This document shows positions 32,075-41,117 of a DNA stretch of 64,000 nucleotides, in pieces. The notes under the pieces were generated by a model. The model worked only from the letters and a program-made list of their open reading frames with translations. It searched no databases and was not told the DNA's origin. This DNA is from Bdellovibrionota bacterium (GTDB lineage: Bacteria; Bdellovibrionota_C; UBA2361; JAAYZI01): NCBI GenBank assembly GCA_050950765.1, contig JBMNIF010000002.1, forward strand, positions 864,001 through 928,000. The letters run 5' to 3'. The stretch's first letter is position 1, and each line of letters begins with the position of its first letter. The translations under genes were made by a program, and so were the position numbers.

Positions 32075-32795
32075 GGGAATTTGTCCTTTTAATTTATAGT
32101 GCTATTTTTCGCCATAGGGTAACGTCTATTTTTTATGCAATTACATAGGCTATTGGTTTTTATAAATAATTTTACGTAATTTACTATTTAAAATAGTATT
32201 AATAGCTAACTATACTTACAAAGCAGTGATGTGGTGGATAGTGCCACCCATTAAAAATACCGCCTCCAACCTACTCGATTAGGATACAGCACTGCAAGTT
32301 GATTTTTTATATGGTCTTTTAGAGGAGGTAAAAAAGAAGGGTGACACCAGAGCCAGTCCAACCGTAAAAGTCCTAACAAACAGCCCTGCTTTACTGAAGG
32401 GTGGCACCAGCGCCAAAGCCACCAAAGCCAAAGCCAAAGCCAAAGGCAGCAGATCAGCTCAAACTGAAGGGTGGCACCAGAGCTACAGTCTCAAGATCTG
32501 GCAGAACCGTCCAAACTGAAGGGTGGCACCAGAGCAAACCAACCGCTCGAAGTCTTCAAGAAGGCAAAAAAAGAAGGGTGGCACCAGTACAAATCAACAG
32601 ATCCGACCAGTTCTAACCAGAAAGAGAAGCCAGAGAAAAGAAGGGTGGCACCAAATTCGGTTCCAACAGGCACCGAAATCAGGCAGATCCGTCCAAACTG
32701 AAGGGTGGCACCAGTGCAAACCAAACTCCCAGAGTCTTCAAGAAGGTAAAAAAAGAAGGGTGGCACCAAAGCCCAAGCTAGCAAAGTAGTAAAAA

Positions 32796-34623
32796 CCTGA
32801 ATTCCCGCGAAATTATACCATACAAACGTGTTTTTAAAGGTAGCTTTCGAGCGGTATAATCTTACTTTTTCTTAAAAATACTTTTTAGAAAGTCATCTTC
32901 TTCAATATTGAAAATTTTCAAAATATCCTTTTGTTTTTTTGTTAACGGAACCATTAATTTACTGCCATTTTTAGTTTCTATAACTTTAATTTTTTGAAGC
33001 TCTTTAATGACATCAGGTATATTAAACTTTTTTTGCCTTGTATCATTTTTAAGTAAATTAAGAATATAACTTCTAAGTATAAGAGCTAAAAATCCAACAA
33101 AAAGTTTTCCTTCTGTGGTTTGAAGATTATGTGTTTTAAGTCTTCTAAAATCAATTTCATTTTTTAGCTGGAAAAATTGTTTTTCAATTACATCTTTTTG
33201 ACGATAACGAAAAAGTGCTTCACTCGGATTTGAATCACAACCAATACCAATCAAAATTAAGAAGCCACAATTTCTCAAGTATTCATCTATAGCTTCTGAT
33301 TTTTTTTCATAAGTGAAACCATCTTCATTTATTTTAATATCAAAATATTTCCTATATTTTTTACGATCCAGCAAAGAGTATTTTAATTTTTTCAGTTCTT
33401 CTAACTCTTCTTCCATTCTAGAAATTTTCTCGTAAAATTGAACTATCTCATATGGCGCCTTTCCCATATTGTAATAAACATAAATCTTTACAGGTTGTCC
33501 CATAACAGTATCTATTACAGAACAACCAAAAGTAGAGGTTCCTTTTATATAATTAGCATCTTGCTTAATAAGTGCAGTGTGATTTTCTAATATTCTTTTA
33601 GCGTCATTCCAATATAGTGGCAAAGGACAAAGTAGTCCAAACTTTTGCCCTTCTTCATTTGCTACTTCCGCTAAATTATCTTGCGTCACAAAACCTTGAT
33701 CCGTAACAAGGTTAATACGATTATTAAGACTAATAAATGGAAAGTCTCTTAAAAGAAAACTAAAATATGTCTTATCTGTAATGCTGCCATTATAAACTTG
33801 ATAGAATAAAGGAAGCTTCGTTGTAGAGCCGTAGCACATACCTATATTTATTTGCGGCAATTTATCCATATCCCTATTATAGCCAAACTCCAATATGCTT
33901 ATTTTTTTACTATAAGAAGATATGGAAGTTACGTCATAATACCAACATTCTTGAGCTAAATATCGCTTCGTCCATTTCTTAAAAAAATTAAGTCTTTTCT
34001 CGTAGTCAATACGTTCAAAAAGACGACTTATTTTTTGACTTGTTAATTCAGAAATTTCATATGGTAAGACACTATCATCTATCCAACTTGAAGCATGTGA
34101 TACTACATTTCCATTTGCTAGAATATAAAACGCTAAAGTTAAAATCTCGTATGTGTCATTTCCAAAAATTGAAAGCAATGTCTTGTCTAACCTTAAATCT
34201 TTTACAATCTTATTTAAAACATAAGTAAGACCAAAAGATTTATTGCTAATAACATATCTATTAGAATCATCTGGAAACAAATCATAGTAATTTCTATTAG
34301 GAATTAATTTCTTACCGCTTTCATCTAGCTTCCCTATACCTATTTCATCAAACGTAGGCTCTCCGTTTTCACGACGAAAGTTCATCCTGTAATAGATATA
34401 AGTAGTCCCATTTTTGTTTTTCTTACGAGCAATTTGCCTATCTGGTAAGTCAACTTTTTTAGTTATTTTTTTCATAAAAAACCTCCCTAATATGTATAGG
34501 GCAATCATACCATACAAACAGGAAATGTCAATATAGAAAAATATATAACTAACTAAAATATCAATAAAAAATACGGTGGCTTATTTCTGGAATGGAGAAA
34601 AGATAAAAATTGCGGAATTTAGG
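32796..34623 (-). mobile_element. IS1634-family insertion sequence
   Basis: Imperfect terminal IRs CCTGAATTCCCGC / GCGGAATTTAGG; 6-bp TSD TAAAAA at 32790-32795 and 34624-34629; AT-rich. Confidence 0.88.
32862..34475 (-). CDS. IS1634-family DDE transposase
   Basis: YYDVTSISSY, FGYNRD..LPQIN, DQGF, YRQKDVIEKQF..LK, GKLFVGFLALIL; RBS GGAGGT before ATG at 34475. Confidence 0.9.
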   Translation of the reverse strand: MKKITKKVDLPDRQIARKKNKNGTTYIYYRMNFRRENGEPTFDEIGIGKLDESGKKLIPNRNYYDLFPDDSNRYVISNKSFGLTYVLNKIVKDLRLDKTLLSIFGNDTYEILTLAFYILANGNVVSHASSWIDDSVLPYEISELTSQKISRLFERIDYEKRLNFFKKWTKRYLAQECWYYDVTSISSYSKKISILEFGYNRDMDKLPQINIGMCYGSTTKLPLFYQVYNGSITDKTYFSFLLRDFPFISLNNRINLVTDQGFVTQDNLAEVANEEGQKFGLLCPLPLYWNDAKRILENHTALIKQDANYIKGTSTFGCSVIDTVMGQPVKIYVYYNMGKAPYEIVQFYEKISRMEEELEELKKLKYSLLDRKKYRKYFDIKINEDGFTYEKKSEAIDEYLRNCGFLILIGIGCDSNPSEALFRYRQKDVIEKQFFQLKNEIDFRRLKTHNLQTTEGKLFVGFLALILRSYILNLLKNDTRQKKFNIPDVIKELQKIKVIETKNGSKLMVPLTKKQKDILKIFNIEEDDFLKSIFKKK

Positions 34624-34794
34624 TAAAAAAGAAGGGTGGCACCAGAGCTACAGCCCCAAGATTTGGCAGATCCGCCCAAACTGAAGGGTGGCACCAAATT
34701 CGACCAGCCCAAATCCGCCAGTCCAAACCAAAGCTAAAGCCAGCAGATCAACCTAAACTGAAGGGTGGCACCAAATTCGACTCCCCAAATTCGA

Positions 34795-35907
34795 CTACTC
34801 TTCGTCTATATCGGCTGTCGGTGTGGGAGATTCGATGGTGGCTGCTGTATTTGCTTCGGCGGTGTCTATATCTACATCCGCACCCTCTGTTTCTTCAGAG
34901 GTGTGTGTATTTACGGAGGTGCCTATATCAGCACCATTAGAAGTGTTTGTATTCGAAAATTTTTCTTTAATTTCTTCTACGGGGATGCGGCGCTCCTCTC
35001 CAAAACGCATCTTTATTGCGATGCGGCGGTTTGCTATGGCGTACGGATCGTCCACCACACGCGGATATTTATCCGCCCGTCCTATCACCCCGACGATGCG
35101 CTCTTCTGGAATATTTGCTTCTAATAATAAACGTCGTGCAGCATTTGCCCTGTCAGTTGATAGCTCCCAGTTTGAATATCCTCCGCTTAAACCGCTATTG
35201 TAAGGATGGGCATCTGTATGACCGAGGATATCTATCTTGTTAGGGAATGGAACTAACTGAGCTGCTACCCGTAAGAAAGCCTCTTTTGCTTTTGGATTGA
35301 TAACAGCACTTCCACTTTCAAACATGGAGTACTCTTCAGTATCCATAATCTCCATGACCAGACCATCAGCTTCAACCTGTATCTCAAATTTGCCTAAAGC
35401 GTTTTTCAATTCCGGAATATCTACAAGTTGTGTATTTATTGAGTGTGCTAACTTAGTGAAGTTACGCTTTTCATTTGTCCCACCTTCACCGTCTTCTTCT
35501 GCGGAATCAATATCTTCATCGCCCTCTTTTAAAGGAGAAGCTCCCTTTGATTTAAAAAAGCCATCTTCTCCATCTGTTTTTGCGCTATCTTCAGCCTTTG
35601 AACTTTTCTCAAACGCCATCCCTCCTCCCCCTGGAAGGTTATGAACTGAAAACGGTCTGTCTAAAATACCTGTGTGACCTGGAAGAAGACTTCCGCCAGA
35701 GTTTTCAGCAAATATCCCTGGATCATTGAAGTATTTGGCGATGCCAGTTTTTGTGGCAGAGTCAGCGCTGTTAACAAGCCACATCACAAGAAAGAATGCC
35801 ATCATGGCGGTCATGAAGTCAGCATACGCTACCTTCCAAGCGCCACCATGATGTCCGGCATGACCGCCTTTCTTTTTAATAATTATGATTGGCTTTTCGT
35901 CCGCCAT
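34795..35907 (-). CDS. motB: Flagellar motor stator protein MotB
   Basis: HHGGAWKVAYADFMTAMMAFF; OmpA-like GHTD...NWELSTDRA...NRRI. Confidence 0.93.
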   Translation of the reverse strand: MADEKPIIIIKKKGGHAGHHGGAWKVAYADFMTAMMAFFLVMWLVNSADSATKTGIAKYFNDPGIFAENSGGSLLPGHTGILDRPFSVHNLPGGGGMAFEKSSKAEDSAKTDGEDGFFKSKGASPLKEGDEDIDSAEEDGEGGTNEKRNFTKLAHSINTQLVDIPELKNALGKFEIQVEADGLVMEIMDTEEYSMFESGSAVINPKAKEAFLRVAAQLVPFPNKIDILGHTDAHPYNSGLSGGYSNWELSTDRANAARRLLLEANIPEERIVGVIGRADKYPRVVDDPYAIANRRIAIKMRFGEERRIPVEEIKEKFSNTNTSNGADIGTSVNTHTSEETEGADVDIDTAEANTAATIESPTPTADIDEE

Positions 35908-35921
35908 CTCTTCCCATTAAC

Positions 35922-36797
35922 TTATTCTTTCTTAACACTCTTTGCGTCTTTTATAATCTGTTCTAATTCCTCAGCTGTCGGACGCATATCTGAAGGAATC
36001 GTTTTTCTTGAAAATTCGAGCGCTACTTGTGGTGGGGAACCACCGGCAAAGGCTACAAGCCCGATCTGTACAGTCTTTAAGATATTGGTAGATTCTTTAA
36101 CGTTATTCTCCATCTTTGAACCGATGGGCGAAACGAAACCGTATCCGAGTAAGATACCAAGTAACGTTCCAACCAGAGCAGCTGCCACGTGGTGTCCGAT
36201 CGCTTCAGGTCCTTCATTCAAAGCTTGCATGGTAATGATAATACCAAGCACGGCAGCTACAATACCGAGAGCAGGGAATCCGTCAGCAAATTTCTGAATG
36301 ACCGCGGGATAGATCGACTCTTCTTCGTGATGAGTTTCAATCTCTGTATCAAGAAGCCTCTCAAGTTCAAAAGCATTGACCACGCCATCGACAAACATTC
36401 TTAGAGCACCGACTAAAGTTTCCATCAGATGATGGTTGTTTGAAGCCGCAGGATATGTTTTAAAGCGTGGACTATCTTTCGGATTTGCCAAGTCGTTTTC
36501 AATACCAAGCACACCTTCTCTCCTCATCGTATCAAAGATACTTGCCATCAAGCCTAATAGATCGAGGTATGTTTTCTTATTGATACCACTCCCTTTTACT
36601 GCACCAAGTACAGCAGGAATAAGCCTTTTTAGAATGTTCCCCGGATTACCAATAATAACGGTAAAAAACGAACATCCGGCGATAACGACAAATTCGTACG
36701 GTTGTAGCAATACTCCCAAGAGTTTTGTTCCACCCGGACCAGCCAATCCGATAATGACGCAACACAATACGCCTAGGCACCCTATTATTACACCCAT
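35922..36797 (-). CDS. motA: Flagellar motor stator protein MotA
   Basis: PALGIVAAVLGII, AALVGTLLGILLGYGF, ALEFSRK. Confidence 0.93.
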   Translation of the reverse strand: MGVIIGCLGVLCCVIIGLAGPGGTKLLGVLLQPYEFVVIAGCSFFTVIIGNPGNILKRLIPAVLGAVKGSGINKKTYLDLLGLMASIFDTMRREGVLGIENDLANPKDSPRFKTYPAASNNHHLMETLVGALRMFVDGVVNAFELERLLDTEIETHHEEESIYPAVIQKFADGFPALGIVAAVLGIIITMQALNEGPEAIGHHVAAALVGTLLGILLGYGFVSPIGSKMENNVKESTNILKTVQIGLVAFAGGSPPQVALEFSRKTIPSDMRPTAEELEQIIKDAKSVKKE

Positions 36798-36860
36798 AGC
36801 ATTAATCCTTTGTGATTATCACTTCCTATGGGTAATAGTCGGCGCCGTAAAAATATTACT

Positions 36861-37493
36861 TTACGAGAATTTTAATATTCCGAAATCTTTAAGGTTATGG
36901 AAGGTTTTGGAGCTCATTTTACGTAGACTCCAGAGGGTCGGTTCTGTCGCATCATAATCGATTCTTGTGATATTTATACGCCAAAACGTGCCCACCTGTG
37001 GTGGTATTTCAGCTAAACCCGTCATTAAACAAAATGGAATAAAAAATTCAGCAGCCCAGTTTTTATCTCTATTTAAACAATGAATTCTATGTTCAATTTT
37101 ACGCTCATTTTCATAATGCCACGGACGCCACCCCATAAATTCGCCGTTATATTGCGGTACGAGAAGGACTAATTCCTTATTTTTGGGCGATATCTCATAC
37201 TCTAAATATAACGGTATGTCACAGTTTGGTTGTAAAAAAACTTCAACGACATCCTCTTTGTAAAGGTCATCAAAATCTTGTGTAGCGCTACTACAAGAGA
37301 GCTTCTTATCTTCACATGAAATAAGAAAATAGATGCCATCATCGGACCAAACAGCTTTAAATTCAGTGTTATAATCTAAAGTTCCTGCCGATCTGGTTAG
37401 TTTTGTCCAATTAAGAGAATTCCACGGTTTTATCGCATCATCTGCGTTGATAGAAAATGTTGCTACATGTTTTATGATCAGATCTTGCGCCAT
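36861..37493 (-). CDS. Carbohydrate-binding family 9-like protein
   Basis: WSDDGIYF, LYKEDVVEVF, YLEYEISP, WAAEFFIPF, WRINITR. Confidence 0.75.
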   Translation of the reverse strand: MAQDLIIKHVATFSINADDAIKPWNSLNWTKLTRSAGTLDYNTEFKAVWSDDGIYFLISCEDKKLSCSSATQDFDDLYKEDVVEVFLQPNCDIPLYLEYEISPKNKELVLLVPQYNGEFMGWRPWHYENERKIEHRIHCLNRDKNWAAEFFIPFCLMTGLAEIPPQVGTFWRINITRIDYDATEPTLWSLRKMSSKTFHNLKDFGILKFS

Positions 37494-37974
37494 CTATAGA
37501 CTCCCTAACGTTAGATATGTTAAGCGTGACACGGTGCTGCTTTTTCGCGATGGGTTTTTATCATGAAATAAAACGCAACTATTAGGGAATGGGTGTTTTT
37601 TTCAAACAGCGTTTGTCTCTTTGTCTTGAAATGCTCTTATTGCCATTATTCGGGGTGACGTGCAATATTATTGGGGTAAGATAGCTCCGAACTTCGTAAG
37701 GGTGTTTATAGAAGTATTTAAATGGTAGATTCAATCTTTCTTCCTCTTTAGCGCTTTTTAAGGAGGGAGAAAGGTAAAAAGTGTCTGTGTAGTTGTTGTT
37801 CTTGGAGCGTTTGAAGGTGTTTGTGATTAAAGCTCTAGGAGCTTTAATAATTTGTTGTAAAAAAAGAGAATATTTTCTGTATTCTATAGCATCTACTAAT
37901 TTGTCATGATAGCGCTGATGGCAGTTGCTTTCATGAAAGTGACTCTATAACAAATATTTTAGGAGTAAGTGCTC

Positions 37975-38268
37975 GTGAATAAATCTGAGTTAATGGAAAG
38001 GTTGGCGGAAAAGTGCGGTATTAATATTATGCAAGCTGAAGATGTGGTAAATCTTATCTATCGCAAGATGAGAGATACCCTTGTTAGCGGCGGACGTATT
38101 GAAATTCGCGGCTTTGGAAGTTTTGTTGTTAAGGAATATAAAGCTTATCAGGGACGCAATCCGAAGACTGGTGCAAAGATCTCCGTCCCGAATAAAAAAC
38201 TTCCGTTCTTTAAAGTTGGTAAAGAGCTTAAGGAGCGCATCGACACTATAGATGAGCCAGGGGCGTGA
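37975..38268 (+). CDS. ihfB: Integration host factor beta / HU family
   Basis: MNKSEL, RIEIRGFGSF, GRNPKTG, PFFKVGKELKER. Confidence 0.88.
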   Translation: MNKSELMERLAEKCGINIMQAEDVVNLIYRKMRDTLVSGGRIEIRGFGSFVVKEYKAYQGRNPKTGAKISVPNKKLPFFKVGKELKERIDTIDEPGA

Positions 38269-38325
38269 ATTTCTTAATAGGCTACTTCGTTTTTTATTAT
38301 AGTTACCTGTTTTCTAGGGCATAAA

Positions 38326-38706
38326 ATGTCGATTGATTGGTTATGGGATTTAGATAGGGCCGTTGAAGGTGGAAGAGTTTACTATGGATGCCAGAGTGTT
38401 GGCAGAAATCAGTGGGCTATCGCAAGGTCTGTAGATGAATTAAGGGCAATTGCAAAACGTGCTGCAGACCACAAGAGGCTCCCTGTCGATATTGTTAGAA
38501 TTGTCTCTCCGCATGAGACTATTGCAGGAGATCTCTACCTCGTTCCGATTGACGTGGGAGACCCTGGACATCGCGGAGAGCCAAATGTTAAATGGACCTG
38601 TGTTGAAACCAGAGAAGCCGCAGATATGATGAAAGATGTTAGAAAGGGTCCATCTCCTATTTTTGGGATTCAGATAGAAGAGACAATAGATCCAACAGCT
38701 GTATAA
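38326..38706 (+). CDS. Hypothetical protein
   Basis: 126-aa ORF co-oriented with ihfB, ordinary composition. Confidence 0.7.
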   Translation: MSIDWLWDLDRAVEGGRVYYGCQSVGRNQWAIARSVDELRAIAKRAADHKRLPVDIVRIVSPHETIAGDLYLVPIDVGDPGHRGEPNVKWTCVETREAADMMKDVRKGPSPIFGIQIEETIDPTAV

Positions 38707-38712
38707 GTTGTT

Positions 38713-38855
38713 TTTTAAGAGTCTGTTGTAGTTGTAGGTGTGACTATTCTTATAACCGGTTGGCTGGCGAAGGTTCTTCCGACGTTGCCGCCGGTTTTTA
38801 AATATAATTCCTTAGGAATCGACACGTCACAGATGCAGCCCCTTCCGTAAAAGTC
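38713..38855 (-). pseudogene. Duplicated 3' end of the yjeF-like gene
   Basis: Near-identical to 39952-40088. Confidence 0.85.
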
Positions 38856-38876
38856 CTAACAAGCAGCCCTGCTACT

Positions 38877-39937
38877 GAAGGGTGGCACCAGTACAAATCA
38901 ACAGATCCGACCAGTTCTAACCAGAAAGAGAAGCCAGAGAAAAGAAGGGTGGCACCAAAGCCAAAGCTGCAGCAAAGTAGTAAAAAAGAAGGGTGGCACC
39001 AAACCCAAACCAAAGCCAAAGCTGCAGCAAAGTAGTAAAAAAGAAGGGTGGCACCAAACCCAAACCAAAGCCAAAGCTGCAGCAAAGTAGAAAAAAGAAG
39101 GGTGGCACCAAAGCCAAACCACCAAAGCCGAAGCCAAAACCAAAGCCAGCAAAGTAGTAAAAAAGAAGGGTGGCACCAAACCCAAACCAAAGCCAAAGCC
39201 GAAAAAAGGAGGGTGGCACCAGTTTTAAGCCAGATCTAGGCACCGCAAAAGTCCTGACAAGCAGCCCTGCTACTGAAGGGTGGCACCAAAGCCAAACCAG
39301 TTTTTCAAGAAGGTAAAAAAGAAGGGTGGCACCAAACCCAAACCACAGCAAAGTAGAAAAAAGAAGGGTGGCACCAGTTTTAAGCCAGATCTAGGCACCG
39401 CAAAAGTCCTGACAAGCAGCCCTGCTACTGAAGGGTGGCACCAAAGCCAAACCAGTTTTTCAAGAAGGTAAAAAAGAAGGGTGGCACCAAACCCAAACCA
39501 CAGCAAAGTAGAAAAAAGAAGGGTGGCACCAGTTTTAAGCCAGATCTAGGCACCGCAAAAGTCCTGACAAGCAGCCCTGCTACTGAAGGGTGGCACCAAA
39601 GCCAAACCAGTTTTTCAAGAAGGTAAAAAAGAAGGGTGGCACCAAACCCAAACCACAGCAAAGTAGAAAAAAGAAGGGTGGCACCAGTTTTAACCACCAG
39701 TACAAATCAACAGATCCGACCAGTTCTAACCAGAAAGAGAAGCCAGAGAAAAGAAGGGTGCACCAAAGCTGCAGCCCCAAAGCAAAAGCCAAAGCTCGCA
39801 AAGTAGCAAAAAAGAAGGGTGGCACCAAAGCCGAACCAAAGCCGAACCAAAGCCGAAGCACCAAAGCCGAAGCCGACTGGTGGGTGGCACCAAACCCAAA
39901 CCAAAGACAAAGCCAGCAAAAAAGAAGGGTGGCACCA
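38877..39937 (+). repeat. REP-like array F: 20 co-oriented cores, including a 155-bp unit x3
   Basis: Cores from 38877 to 39924, spacing 42-80 bp; equivalent cores at 39275, 39430, 39585. Confidence 0.92.
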
Positions 39938-39953
39938 GTTTTAAGAGCCAGTT

Positions 39954-40733
39954 TTAAGAGTCTGTTGTGGGTGTGACTATTCTTATAACCGGTTGGCTGG
40001 CGAAGGCTCTTCCGACGTCGCCGCCGGTTTTTAAATATAATTCCTTAGGGATCGACACGTCACAGATATAGTTCCTTCCGCAAAAGTCGTTTCCTATAAG
40101 TAAGCCATTTAAAGGTATACCGAGTGAAAGGGTTGAGGAGGCGTAAAGCGTTGTAGCGGCGTGAGCCCCCGTATCAGGTGCTAAACCGAACGGACACTGC
40201 ACACAGTGGACAGGGGTCTGTAAAGTATTTAATGTTTCAATAATATGCTTTTCAAGATCTGTGGCTGTACGATCTAGATCGGAAAGCCCGCAAAGTACAT
40301 TATGCGAATCCTTAAGATACTCTGCTAAGGGCGGTAGACCCGCACTCTCTTCAACAGTTATTACCTCCACTCCCTGCTTTGTTAAGATCTTTAATTGTGA
40401 TTGAAGTTGTGCGGAAAGTGTCTCAGCACTTTTTATATGTAGAACAGAAACAGAAGCTCCAGCATTAAAGAGGTGTCGTAAGGCAGCTAGGATAACCCAA
40501 CTGGAGAGATTGTCGTTGATAATACCAACAGAATACGCTCCTTCAGCGCTATACGCCAGCGCTGCTCTAACAACCATAGCCAAAGAAAAAGAAGCAGATT
40601 CAGTTATCTGAGTATAAGAAAGCCCGTAAGTTGTCGTTAGCGCAGTTAAAATGCTCTGATATGTCGCATAAGATACCGTCGGGATCTGAAGATTAGCCTC
40701 ATCTATAAAAAAATTGTTTGTCGTCTCTTGCAT
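39954..40733 (-). CDS. YjeF N-terminal (NAD(P)HX epimerase-like) protein, degenerate
   Basis: TESASFSLA, ALRHL, TLSLGIPLNGL, YICDVSIP; lacks the GNNGGD motif. Confidence 0.65.
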   Translation of the reverse strand: MQETTNNFFIDEANLQIPTVSYATYQSILTALTTTYGLSYTQITESASFSLAMVVRAALAYSAEGAYSVGIINDNLSSWVILAALRHLFNAGASVSVLHIKSAETLSAQLQSQLKILTKQGVEVITVEESAGLPPLAEYLKDSHNVLCGLSDLDRTATDLEKHIIETLNTLQTPVHCVQCPFGLAPDTGAHAATTLYASSTLSLGIPLNGLLIGNDFCGRNYICDVSIPKELYLKTGGDVGRAFASQPVIRIVTPTTDS

Positions 40734-40754
40734 GATCTATCCTTATTATTTCAA

Positions 40755-40952
40755 TTACAAAAAAGAGGGATTAAAGTTGTCGTTTGTAACAACCATAGCC
40801 AGAGAAAAAGAAGCGGATTCAGTTATCTGAGTATAAGAAAGCTCATAAGTTGTCGTTAGCGCAGTTAAAATGCTCTGATATGTCGCATAAGATACCGTCG
40901 GGATCGAAAGATTAGCCTCATCTATAAAAAAAGTGTTTGTCGTCTCTTGCAT
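40755..40952 (-). pseudogene. Truncated duplicate of the yjeF-like 5' end (219-bp tandem duplication)
   Basis: 40787-40997 repeats 40568-40778 with a few substitutions. Confidence 0.85.
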
Positions 40953-41117
40953 GATCTATCCTTATTATTTCAATTACAAGAAAGAGGGGTTATAGTTAAA
41001 AGTCGCTGTTTGTAATACTGCAAAATTTAAGGCTTTCGCTAATGTCAGAATATCTGCAATTGAGATATTGCAAAACAGGTAAAAAACGATTGTAGATTTG
41101 ACTGTAAAGATGGCATA

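Larger units (their letters stand above)
32336..34773 (+). repeat. REP-like array E: 11 co-oriented cores, interrupted by IS1634
   Basis: Cores at 32336, 32396, 32466, 32518, 32573, 32640, 32700, 32755, then 34631, 34683, 34760. Confidence 0.9.

Noticed and set aside
32075..32230. SAM/cobalamin riboswitch or MetR box upstream of metE
   Set aside because: No recognisable riboswitch core; only weak AT-rich ATAG/CTAT half-sites
38877..39937. CRISPR array interpretation of arrays A, E and F
   Set aside because: The repeat is only ~14 bp, spacers vary in length and are reused or mutually homologous, and no cas genes are in the window
38798..39976. ORFs spanning array F (also 19904-20336, 27569-28076, 29245-29448, 32401-32789)
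   Set aside because: They are translations of the repeat in all frames (EGWHQ/KGGT/RVAP/LVPP/GATL/WCHP) with no preferred frame
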